A stretch of DNA of 64,000 nucleotides from Malacoraja senta. Taxonomy: Eukaryota. Within the stretch, counting starts at the first letter, position 1, and each line of letters opens with the position of its first letter. The notes beneath the pieces are model-generated. The model was not told the DNA's origin and searched no databases. It saw only the letters and a list, made by a program, of their open reading frames with translations. Below, piece after piece: positions 36,587-48,840 of this stretch. The position numbers and the translations under genes were made by a program. The stretch lies in assembly GCA_038087875.1 (NCBI GenBank), contig CM075988.1, forward strand, positions 18,292,001 through 18,356,000, read 5' to 3'.

Positions 36587-37162
36587 CTGAGAAGTTTACG
36601 GAGAGTCGGTGTGTCAAGGAGGACTCTCTCTAACTTCTACAGGTGCACAGTAGAGAGCATGCTGACCGGTTGCATCGTGGCTTGGTTCGGCAACTTGCGC
36701 GCCCAGGAACGGAAAAGACCACAAAAAGTAGTAAACACTGCCCAGTCCATCATCGGCTCTGACCTCCCTACCATCGAGGGGATCTATCGCAGTCGCTGCC
36801 TCAAAAAGGCTGGCAGCATCATCAAGGACCCACACCATCCTGGCCACACACTCATCTCCCCGCTACCTTCAGGTAGAAGGTACAGGAGCCTGAAGACTGT
36901 AATGTCCAGGTTCAGGAATAGCTACTTCCCCACAGCCATCAGGCTATTAAACTCAACTCATACAAAACTCTGAACATTAATAGCCCATTATCTGTTTATT
37001 TGCACTTTATCAGTTTATTTATTCATGTGTGTATATATTTATATAATGGTATACGGCCACACTGATCTGTTCTGTATTCATGCCTAGCATATTCTGTTGT
37101 GCGGAAGCAAAGCAAGAATTTCATTGTCCTATCTGGGACACATGACAATAAACTCTCTTGAA
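36587..37162 (+). mobile_element. Rex1/Babar LINE 3' fragment (RT C-terminal, DUF1891-like region)
   Basis: ORF 36611-36973 FYRCTVESMLTGCIVAWFGN..KDPHHPGH..LPSGRRYRS..RFRNSYFPTAIRLLN; tail atgacaataaactctcttga. Confidence 0.9.
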
Positions 37163-37901
37163 TCTTGAATCATGGCTGATCTCTGCCTCCAAATCCCATT
37201 TTCCTGCCTTCTCCCCATAACCCTTGACACCCATTCTAATCACGAATTTGTCTATCTCTGCCTTAAAAATATCCCCTGACTTGGCCTCTACAGCCAAGTT
37301 GTTCCACAGATTAACTGCCCAATGAGTTCCACAGATTAACTGCCCTCTGACTAGTCCCATTTGCCTCCGGGTTACGCCCTACAAAACCTGAGCTGCCGTG
37401 AGGAAACAGCCCGAGATACTCACTGAGTCACTCCAGCATGAAACAGCCCACCTCGTCACAAGTTAAACTAAATGCAGAGATTTCCACTCAGTGCACGCTA
37501 CTGCATGTAAACCAAAAAATATAATTCTGCTTCTGCCGTGATGGATGCGTTTATGAAATCAATTATCTCAAGGTTACAAAAATGGTCACGTCCCAAATGA
37601 ATCGCATTTAAGAAAAATTTCCCCATAATGGAGTCTATTGCAGAGAGACGGAGTGCAGGCTGGTAGGATGTGCCATTCTATGGAACATAACGAGCTATAG
37701 GGAGGGCTGGGCAAAAGTGAGCAGATGTATTGTACACTTAATCATTCTACCTGCTAGTTTAATTCTTTTGAACTTTTTTTTTTCCCTTGAACCTTATGAT
37801 TCATTCGGATGGGACTTTCGAAAGCAAATTCAAATGCAAACAACTCAGGGGATAATACAATTGCTGGAATCCTTCCATCTCAATGGTAATCTCGTGGAGG
37901 T

Positions 37902-38330
37902 AGAAACATAGAAAATAGGTGCAGGAGGAGGCCTTTCAGCCCTTCGAGCCAACCGCCATTCATTGTAATCATGGCTGATCGTTCCCAATCAATAACCCGT
38001 GCCTGCCTTCTCCCCATATCCCTTGATTCCACTAGCCCCTAGAGCTCTATCTAACTCTCTCTTAAATCCATCCAGTGACTTGGCCTCCACTGCCCTCTGT
38101 GGCAGGGAATTCCACAAATGCACAACTCTCTGGGTGAAAAAGGTTTTTCTCACATCAGTCTTAAATGGCTTCCCCTTTATTCTAAGACTGTGGCCCCTGG
38201 TTCTGGACTCGCCCAACATTGGGAACATTTTTCCTGCATCTAGCTTGTCCAGTCCTTTTATTATTTTATATGTTTCTATAAGATTCCCCCTCATCCTTCT
38301 AAACTCCAGTGAATACAAGCCTAGTCTTTT
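37902..38330 (-). mobile_element. CR1 LINE 3' fragment
   Basis: RLGLYSLEFRRMRG..FFTQRVVHLWNSLP. Confidence 0.9.
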
Positions 38331-39020
38331 CATGTACGAAATCATGACGGGAATAGATTGGGTAAACACACAGAGACATTTGCCCAGAGCAGGGGGGTTG
38401 ACAACCAGAGGACATAGGTTGAAGGTAGGATCTAAATAGGGCAAGATTTCATTGTTGTTGCTATACAAGACATTGGTGAGCAACTTTTGGAGTATTGTAT
38501 TCAGTTGTGGTCACCATGTTATAGGAAAGATGTTGTCAAGCTGGGAAGAGTGCAGTGAAGATTTACAAGGATGTTGTTAGGACTCGAGGGCCTGGGCTAT
38601 AGAGTTAGGTTGAGCAGGCCGGGACTTTATGCCTTGGAGTGCAGGAAGATAAGGGGTGATCTGAAAGAGGTGTAAAAAAATAATGGCAGGAATAGATCGG
38701 GTAAATGCTAAAATCTCTTGCCCAGAGGAGGGAGATCGAGAACAATAGATTTAAGGTGAGGGGGTGAGATTTGAATGGGAACCTGAGGGGTGAAGAACCT
38801 GAACAGAGGGTGGTGGGTGTATGGAACGAGCTGCCGGAGGAGGTAGTTGAGGCAGGTACTATTGCAACGTTTAAGAAGCATTTGGACTGGTTCAAGGATA
38901 GGGTAGGTTCAGAGCGATATGGGCCCAAGGCAGGCAGGTGGGACTAGTTTAGACGGGGCATGTTGGTCGGTGTGGGCAAGTTTGGCCAAAGGGCCTATTT
39001 CCACGCTGCCTGACTCTGTG
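38331..39020 (+). mobile_element. Older CR1 fragments
   Basis: Degenerate RT C-terminus and gggcctatttcc tail. Confidence 0.75.
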
Positions 39021-39364
39021 ACTGGTGCGGTGTGGGCCAGGCACAGGCAAAGGACTCATTCAGACAGGCAACTTGGACGGATAGATGGGTTGGGACGAGG
39101 GGCTTTTCTGTGGTGTACAGTTCTAGGACTCTAATAAACATTGGAAATACAGCCATGGGTACCAGAGCTCAGTAGATCTGCCCCCCACCCTCAAACTCCC
39201 ACCCCCACACGACACAATTCCTCCATGCAGGAAGCAGTAATCTGGGCGGAAACACAAATAGTTCTTCATCCAGTTTTGCATTGATTATGAAAGTACAACG
39301 CCTCTTTGTGTAGATAGAACATAGAACAGTACAGCACAAGAACAGGCCCGTCGGTCCACAATAG

Positions 39365-40243
39365 AAAATAGAAGCATAGAAAATAGGTGCAGGAGTAGGC
39401 CATTCGGCCCTTTGAGCCAGCACCACCATTCAATATGATCATGGCTGATCATCCAGATTCAGCACCCTGTTCCTGCTTTCTCCCCATATCCATTGATTCC
39501 ATTAGCCCTAAGAGCTATATCTAACTCTCTCTTGAATACATCCAGTGAATTGGCCTCCACTTCTGAGGCAGAGAATTTCACAGATTCACAACTCTCTAAC
39601 GAGAGACGACAGATGGCCCAGGGACGACAGATGGCGCAATGGGCTAAGTGTTCGGCTGGCAACCGGAAGGTAGCCGGTCGAATCCCGCTTGGAGTGCATA
39701 CTGTCGTTGTGTCCTTGGGCAAGACACTTCACCCACCTTTGCCTGCGTGTGAATGTGTGTGAATGTGTGTGAGTGATTGGTGGTGGTCGGAGGGGCCGTA
39801 GGCGCAAATTAGCAGCCACGCTTCCGTCAGTCTGCCCCAGGGCAGCTGTGGCTACAGAAGTAGCTCACCACCACCGAGTGTGACTGAGGAGTGAATGAAT
39901 AATGCGATGTAAAGCGCCTTGAGTATTAGAAAGGCGCTATATAAATCCCATCCATTATTATTATTACTAGGTGCGGTCTCACCAGTGCCCTGTACAACTG
40001 CAGCAGGACCTCCTTGCTCCTAAACTCAAATCCTCTCGCTATGAAGGCCAACATGCCATTAGCTTTCTTCACTGCCTGCTGTACCTGCATGCTTATCTTC
40101 AGTGACTGATGTACAAGGCCACCGAGGTCTCATTGCACCTCCCCTTTTCCTAATCTGACACCTGATAATAGTCTGCCTTCTTGTTCTTGCCACCAAAGTA
40201 GATGCCCTCAGATTGTTCTTGCCACCAAAGTGGATAACCTCAC
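39365..40243 (-). mobile_element. CR1 fragment interrupted by a SINE
   Basis: 3' end at 39365-39597; RT part at 39968-40243. Confidence 0.8.
39621..39966 (+). mobile_element. tRNA-derived SINE with CORE-like domain and L2-type tail (distinct family)
   Basis: tRNA-like head, gtgtccttgggcaagacactt, tail tgtaaagcgccttgag...aaggcgctatataaat + (tta)n. Confidence 0.8.
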
Positions 40244-40267
40244 AATGCCTGTGCCAAACAGAATGTC

Positions 40268-40636
40268 TTCTTTTTTTTTAATTTAAAAATATATATATTT
40301 ATTAGAAGCAGTACAAAAATATAACCAGCAGCATATGACATAATACAGTTATTGTACAGATTCCATTTTAATTTTTAGCTAAAGTTAAGAGAAAAGCAGA
40401 GAGAAAAAGCAAGAAAGAGAAGGTGGATGTGCAAGGATAGAACCCCTAGACTTCCAAATTGGTGTCGCCAAAGAGTGAGTAAGTAAAAGAAATAAGAAAG
40501 ACGTAGAGAAATAAAAAGTCAAAAACAGAAAGAAAAACAAACGGTGATGATATACCAGCCTCGTATCCCTCCCCACCCATCACCCAACCCGTAATTAGAT
40601 TTAACTCCAAAATTGTGTTGCATCATACTATCCTAC
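40268..40636 (-). mobile_element. AT-rich poly(A)-tailed retro-insertion (L1-like 3' UTR)
   Basis: AATAAA and A-tail on the minus strand; flanking CAGAATGTC at 40259-40267 and 40637-40645. Confidence 0.55.
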
Positions 40637-42900
40637 CAGAATGTCAAGACCATCTCTTATCTGCTTGTCATCCACATCTTTCCTTCCTACATAGCCATGT
40701 ACCGAACCAAAAGACTCTTAAAAGCCATTATCGTATCTGCCTTTAAAAACATCCCTGGCTGGCAATGTGTTCCAGGCACCCACCAACCTCTACTTACAAA
40801 AACTTGCTCCGCACATCTCCTTTAACCTTTACCCCTCTCACCTTAAACTATGCTCTCCAGTAGTTGATGTTTTTCATCCTGGGATAAAGGTTCTGATTAT
40901 GCCTTGCATCATTTTATACACTTCTAGCAGGTCTCCCTGCAACCTCTGGCATTCCAGGGAAAACAATTCAGGTTTGTCCAGCCTCTCCCTGTAGCTAGTT
41001 CACCCCTAATCTCGGCATCATTCAGTGTGGAAACATCATTCTGGTAAAGATAAATGCAAAATGCTGGAGTAACTCAGGCAGCATCTCTGGAGAAAAGGAA
41101 TAGGTAACGTTTCGGGTCGAGACTCTTCTTCAGACTGAGAGTCCCTGTTTATGATTCCGGTAAATCTAATCTGCGCTCCGAATATGTTGAAAACTGACAA
41201 ATAATCCCTTCAGTTTGCACAGTTTAAAGTCAAATAACAAATCTGCACAACACCCTGTTTACTGTGACTGAGTCAGAGAGTCACAGAGTGATACAGTGTG
41301 GAAACAGGCCCTTCGGCCCAACTGGCCCACAACGGCCAACAATGTTCCTGCTACACTAGTCCCACTTGCCTGCGCTTGGTCCATATCCCTCCAAACGTAT
41401 CCTATCCATGTACCTGTCTAACTGTTTCTTAAACGATGGGATGGTCCCAACCTCAACTACCTCCTCTGGCAGCTTGTTCCATACACGCACCACCCTTTGT
41501 GTGAAAACGTTACCCCTCGGATTCCTATTAAATCATTTCCCCTTCACCTTGAACCTATGTCCTCGATTCCCCTTCTCTGGGCAAGAGACTCTGTGCATCT
41601 ACCCGATCTATTCCTCTCATGATTTTGTACACCTCGATAAGATCCCCCCCTCATCCTCCTGCGCTCCATGGAAAGACTGGCTATGTGAAAGGGGTTTTTA
41701 AATCACTTCTTCTTCCTCACAAGCATGACGCACACAACACAGGGCCGGTGGTGCCAGCAATGTATAATCAGTTTATTGCGAAGCAATCATACTGCATTAA
41801 CGCTGCATAATCGTGCAGCACACGCTCGCAGGTCAGCCCACGTCAGTATTTATTTATATAAGCTGCCGGGACGTCACAGATGTCGAGCAGGGGCTTGCGG
41901 GATGGCTGCCCAGTTGAGCAGGTGGGAGCTTGTGATACGTGGAAGGGCAGCAGCACCTAGACTGAACTCACGCAGTGATCTCCTCTGCTTCCAGTTCTAC
42001 TTTGTGCCCAGTCCTCAACTAGCAATAAATGCCTCCACTGATGAAGGAACGAAGGGAGACTACAGAGAGCGGTAGACACTGCCTGGTCTGTCACGGGTAC
42101 TGACCTCCCCGCCATCGAAGGGATCGACGGGAGATGCTGCCACAGATATGATCAAAGACCCACATCACCCTGGCCACGCTCTCATCTCGCTGCTACCATC
42201 GGGTATAAGATACAGGAGCCTGAAAACCATGACCTCCAGGTTCGGTCCGACAGCCCCGACTGCAGGAGAATAACGAGGGAGAAGATTTATTACTTCCATC
42301 ACAGTGAGCAATGCGGGGAGCCGCCCGCTGTGGTGGGTGTTCATGTTAACTGTTATTTTATGGGTGGCTGTGTGTCTTGCTGCTTTTCACTTAGTATGGC
42401 TGTATGGCAACTCAAATATCACTGTACCTTAATTGGTGCATGTGGCAATAAACTGACCTTGAAACCTTGAAGAACAGCCTTTTCCCAGCAACCATCAGAC
42501 TCTTGAACACTGAGCAATACTAACCAAGAGTCACAGAGTCATACAGCATGGAAACAGGCCCTTCATTCCAACTTGCCCATGCCAACCAACATGTCCCATC
42601 TACACTAGTCCAACCTGCCTGAGTTTGGCCCATATCCCTCTGAACCTGTCCTATCCACGTACCTGTCCAAACGCTTCTTAAACATTTCAATAGTAACCTC
42701 AGCAACTATGATCTAGTATCAGCTGTGTTTTTATTTGCACTAAGGCCTTTTGTTTTGCACCATGATGGTTTGGTTACCTAGTATTGCTGTATTACTGTTA
42801 TTAATTTATTTTACTTTTGTGCGGCCACAGGGAGAACCTGCAGATTCCCCAGTAGTCAGGATCAAAACCGGGTCTCTGGCGCTGTAAGGCAGCAACTCTA

Positions 42901-43225
42901 AGGGCGGCAGAGTGGCCCAGTGGCACAGTTGCTGCCTTACAGCGCTTGCAACGCCAGGGACTCGGGTTCGATCCTGACTAAGGGGTGCTGCATGTACGGA
43001 GTTTGTACGTTCTCCCCGTGACCGCGTGTGTTTTCTCCGAGATCTTCGGTTTCCTCCCACACTCCAAAGACGTGCCGGTTTGTAGGTTAATTGACTTGGG
43101 TTTGTATACTTGTTTTCAGTGTAAATTGTCCCTAGCATGTGTAGGATAACGTTAATGTGCGGGGATCGCTGGTCGGTGCGGACTTGGTGGGCCGAAGGGC
43201 CTGTTTCCGCGCTGTATCTCTAAAC
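42901..43225 (+). mobile_element. V-SINE (HE1-like), full length
   Basis: Head, V-domain and tail; head-to-head with a minus-strand fragment at 42826-42900. Confidence 0.85.
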
Positions 43226-43401
43226 TTATTTGACATGTTTTAGTCCAGGACAGCACACAACATGAGCATATGAGAAGCATTCCCTGTAACCCAGGGGCTA
43301 TGCTCTGGGTGTAAAACCTCCCAGCTGACCTGCTTAAAACTAGATGGCCAACCAAAGAGTACGTTCTCCATGTGACCTAGAAACCTAGCGCGTTTAGGTA
43401 A

Positions 43402-43617
43402 AGGACCCGTCCCACTTTCACAACCTAATTCACGACCTTTTTTATTCGTGGACATTTTTCATCAGGCTAGAAAAACGCCCCGACCTACTTGATGCCACGA
43501 GTACCTACGACCCTACCTACGACCTCCTACGACCTCGTGACGACCATGCTGCGAGTATGTGTCAAGGGCAAACTCGGCAGAGGTCGTGAATTAGGTTGTG
43601 AAAGTGGGACAGGCCCT
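43402..43617. mobile_element. PIF/Harbinger-like MITE
   Basis: 37-bp TIR with 2 mismatches (agggcctgtcccactttcacaacctaattcacgacct); TAA TSD at 43399-43401 and 43618-43620. Confidence 0.88.
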
Positions 43618-46312
43618 TAACTCTGGCGAGTTGCTTTTAATCAATTTGTATGTCACTCTGCTTTGCCAAAAGGCTGACATCAAAGTAGAATGGACAATTT
43701 CCAGCCACTTTTGGAGGTAATATGAAAACAACAGTAATCTTGTTCCGTCAATAATCTGAACCTATGAACAGACTACCTACTTAGCAGTGTTATAAAAATT
43801 GGTGGTTTCGTTCTACTAAAGTTGCGGCACATTCGGGGAAGCCAAACACTCCCAATTCTCAAAGGTTGACATTGATATAATGGTAGTCCAACAACAATCT
43901 GCTGGAGGCACCAGGAACTGCAGGTGCTGGCATCTGGAGTAAAACACACAAAGTGCTGGAGGACTCGGCGGGTCAGGCAGCATCTGTGGATGGGAAAGTT
44001 TGACCATTCTCTCCCATGCGCAGTTGCAGACTGAGTGAGTCCCTCAGCTCATTGTGAGCGGCATTCACCAGCAGCTTCCCGGGGGGGGGGGGGGGGGGGG
44101 CAAACAGGATGGGCAACAATTGCTGGCAACAACATCCTGTGTCCCCTCAAATGAATACACTAACAGCATGGTCCACAGGTAACAACACGCACACGCATCC
44201 CACATGCCTCTACACACAAAGCAACACTGACCTGTAGAGAATCAATGAACATGCAGCAATTTTTAATTAAACCTCAGAGCGTTACCATCAGGAGTGATCA
44301 GTTAACTGGCCCGACCTGCGTCTGGTCTTGAAGCAGTTCCTAACCGCGACAGTTCCACTTACCTAGAAAACAAAGGATGAGACATTGATTATAAAATACA
44401 TTCGGTGGGAGATGCAGCATCCTTCATCAGTACACAAGAGTTAATTCTAATGATACAGAAAGTTCAGAACATCAAGTAGGTTTAAAACCCATCTGGGATC
44501 TGGAACTGAACCATTGAGTAGGACAGCACGGAGACAGGCCCTTCGGCCCACCTTGTCCATGCCGACCATGGCATCTCTCCATCCCAATCCCATTTGCCCA
44601 AATTATCTCGCTTCTTTCCTGTCCATGATCCTGTCCAAATGCCGTATAAATGTTGTTACTGCGCCCGCTTCCACCCCCCCCGCTGGCAGCTCGGTCCATA
44701 TAATCACCATCCTTTGTGAGAAAAACATACTCCTCAGATCTCCTTTAAACTTCTCCCCTCTCTGTGTAAATCTGCGCCTTCTGGTTCTAGACTCCCCTGC
44801 TCTGGAAGAAAGACTCTGATGATCAATCCTCTCCAAGGCCCCAATAATGTTATAAACCTTCATAAGGTCACACCACCCTGGCCACGCTCTCATTTCACTC
44901 CTGCCATTGGGACGGTATAGGTGCCTGAAAACTGCAATGTAAGGAGCAGCTTCTTCCCTGCAATCATCAGGCTATTAAACACTACAACCTCCAAATAGGC
45001 TCTGAACTATATAGACTTTGGAAAATTATTTTTGCCCCATTTACAGTAGTCTCACCTGCCTCCGTTTGGCCCATATCCATCCAAACCTTTCTCTACAATG
45101 TGCCTGTCCAAGTGTGTTTTAACATAATGTCACCAAAGCATAACGTCCTAAATCTTATACTCAGACCCTTAGCCTATGAAGCAGCTTCGCAGAACATACA
45201 ATTTTCACCAAATTATGAACTTGCGCTCCTAGGTCCAGCTGTTACACTGTGCTGGGCTCCCTGCCATTTATGCCTCGTTGGTATGTGGCATCCCAGAGGT
45301 ACTGTACTTCCTCACATTGTTCACATTAAATACCACCAGTCCACGCTCTGAGTGACCTTGCACCCATCTATGTCCGCCCATATCCTTTCACAACCTTCTT
45401 CACTATTTCCCTGGGTAGAGGATTCTAGAACTAGAGGGAAGACACAAAATGCTGGAGTATCTCAGCGGGACGGGCAGCATCTCTGGAGAGAAGGAATGGG
45501 TGATGTTTCGGGTCGAGACAAACCACAATTTGTGTCTACCTTCAATTTAAACCAGCATCTGCAGTTCTTTCCTTACACACCAAAACTAGAGGGCATAGGC
45601 TTAAAGTGAGAGGGGAGAGATTTAAGTGGGATCTGAAGGGCAACCTTTTCACTCAGAGGGTAGTCCGTATCTGGAATGTGCTACCAGAGAAAGCTATCGA
45701 AGCAGATACAATTATGACTTTTAAAAGACATTTGGACAGATATATGGATAGGACTGGTCTGGAGGGACATGGGCTAAATGCAGACAAATGGGACTAGCCC
45801 AAAATGGACAAGGTGGGCTGAAGGGTCTGATTTCATGTTGTGCAGCTCTAATGACCTGTGACTATCTACTAGTTGAGTTTAGTTCATTGTGACATGTACT
45901 GAGGTACAGTGAAAAGCTTTTGTTGCATGCTAACCAGTCAGCGGAAAGACCGTACATGATTGCAATCGAGCCATCCACACTCCCACATCCACACTATTCC
46001 ACCAATGTTTGTGTCATCAGAAACCCCAGTAATTTGTCCACCGACACTCTTATCCGTCATGTCATGTCATGTCATGACAAACAACAACAGGCCAGCGCCG
46101 ACCCCTTACGGCACACATTTGGATAGTGTTTAGCTTTTGCATCATGCGGTAAAAATACTTTCACAAACATATCTGAAACATCACGGTGAGAATTCCTCCT
46201 GCGTCATCGGGCCCGACTGTTCCTGTGTACACAGAGTGTGTACACGTAAAAACAAGTGGAATCTCTGCATCTTCTCACTACTAATGCAGCATGGTGGCGC
46301 AGGGTAACTATT

Positions 46313-47283
<971 letters not shown>

Positions 47284-48117
47284 CTGGAGAATGAAGGGAC
47301 TGGGTGGAGTGGATGTGGAGAGGTGGTAGTGGGAGAGTCTACAACCAGGGGGCGATGTCTCAGAATGAGGCCTGTTTCCGCGCGTGTATCTCTGAACTAG
47401 GCTAAACTAAACTAATCCATTTGTGCAGGGCATTATCACATTATTACAGCGAGATCCCGAGCTTCTCAAATCTAAACAGACACGACCTCAGCTCACTGGG
47501 AACGTCGCAGGATGTGAGACTTGAAGCTAATCGACCAGAAAAGTGCATCAACACAATGCAGGAGTTTTGCTCTTGTTTGTCTTATCAGAGAGCATTACGA
47601 CACAAGACGCTGGAGGCATGTAACATGACAGGGGATGGTGGACATGTTGTGTGCCCATTATTGCATTCAAAACAAGCAGCAAAAGGCAAAGCCAGCACCC
47701 GGAAAAGGCCCCCCCCCCCCATATTAAAACCGCCCTTCTTCTTCACCGCCACTGCTGCTATCAAAGAAACAAAAGCAAATGACTAATAATGCGACTAATC
47801 TGTTACCATGGCAGCATTCAGAGCCCTACACACCTGGAGCCATAGAGATTTGTTTCCTCGGCTAATAAGCACGAGAATTCTGAACAGCCAGCAGAGAACT
47901 CCTGTTAACAAAGCAACTCCAATTACATCGAGAGTAGCGCCGCATCTCGCTAGGTGTTGACGTGCCTTGCAATCCCAGGTGAATGGTACGCAGATGAAAA
48001 CTGACATCTGATTAATCAGCCGTCAGCAAAGTAATTGCTGACTGGATTCATGAATTCCTTCCCCACCAATGCTCCACGTCACGAGGCCTTCACAGGGGAA
48101 GATCTCACTGGAAACTG

Positions 48118-48427
48118 GGAGCGGCACAGTGGTGCAGCGGTAGAGTTGCTGCCTTACAGCGCCAGAGACCCAGGTTCGATCTTGACTACGGGCGCTGTCT
48201 GCACGGGGTTTGTATGTTCTCCCCGTGACCTGTGTGTGGGTTTTCCCCGGGTGCTCCGGTTTCCTCCCACGCTCCAAGACGTGCAGGTTTGTAGGCTAAC
48301 TGGGTTTGGTAAAATTTTTAAATTGTCCCTAGTGTGTAGGATAATGCTAGTGGACTGGAATCACTAGTCGGCACAGACTTGGTGGGCTGAAGGGCCTGTA
48401 TCCATGCTCTATCTCTAAACTAAACTA
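48118..48427 (+). mobile_element. V-SINE (HE1-like)
   Basis: Family consensus. Confidence 0.85.
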
Positions 48428-48522
48428 CCAGATGATGAAAGGCCTGGATAAAGTGGATGTATAGAGGGTATTTGCAGTAGTGAGAGAGTCTAGAACCAGG
48501 GGGCACAGCCTCAGAATAGTAA

Positions 48523-48840
48523 AATCCCTGTCCCACTGTACGAGCTCATTCAAGAGCTCTCCCGAGTAAAAAAAAATAATCAAACTCGTGGAAGCACGTA
48601 GAATGTACGTAGCGGGTCCGTTGGAGCTCGGGGACGTCTCTTAGCGGCTCGTAACGCTAACGGCAGGTACTCGGGAAACGCGGTAAGCTCGGGAAGACTC
48701 GTGAAGATTTTTCAACATGTTGAAAAATGTCCACGAGAGCCCCGAGTACCTGCTAGCGGCCATTACCGTAAATCTCCGAGTTCGAATCAGGGCAAACTCG
48801 GGAGAACTCTTGAATGAACTCGTACCGTGGGACAGGGCTT
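48523..48840. mobile_element. PIF/Harbinger-like MITE inserted in a CR1 fragment
   Basis: TIRs as at 24426; flanks TAA and TAT; CR1 sequence on both sides. Confidence 0.85.

Noticed and set aside
36611..36973. Host gene such as the ALKBH8 N-terminus (DUF1891)
   Set aside because: Multicopy in this window, 5'-truncated and followed by a LINE tail: Rex1/Babar
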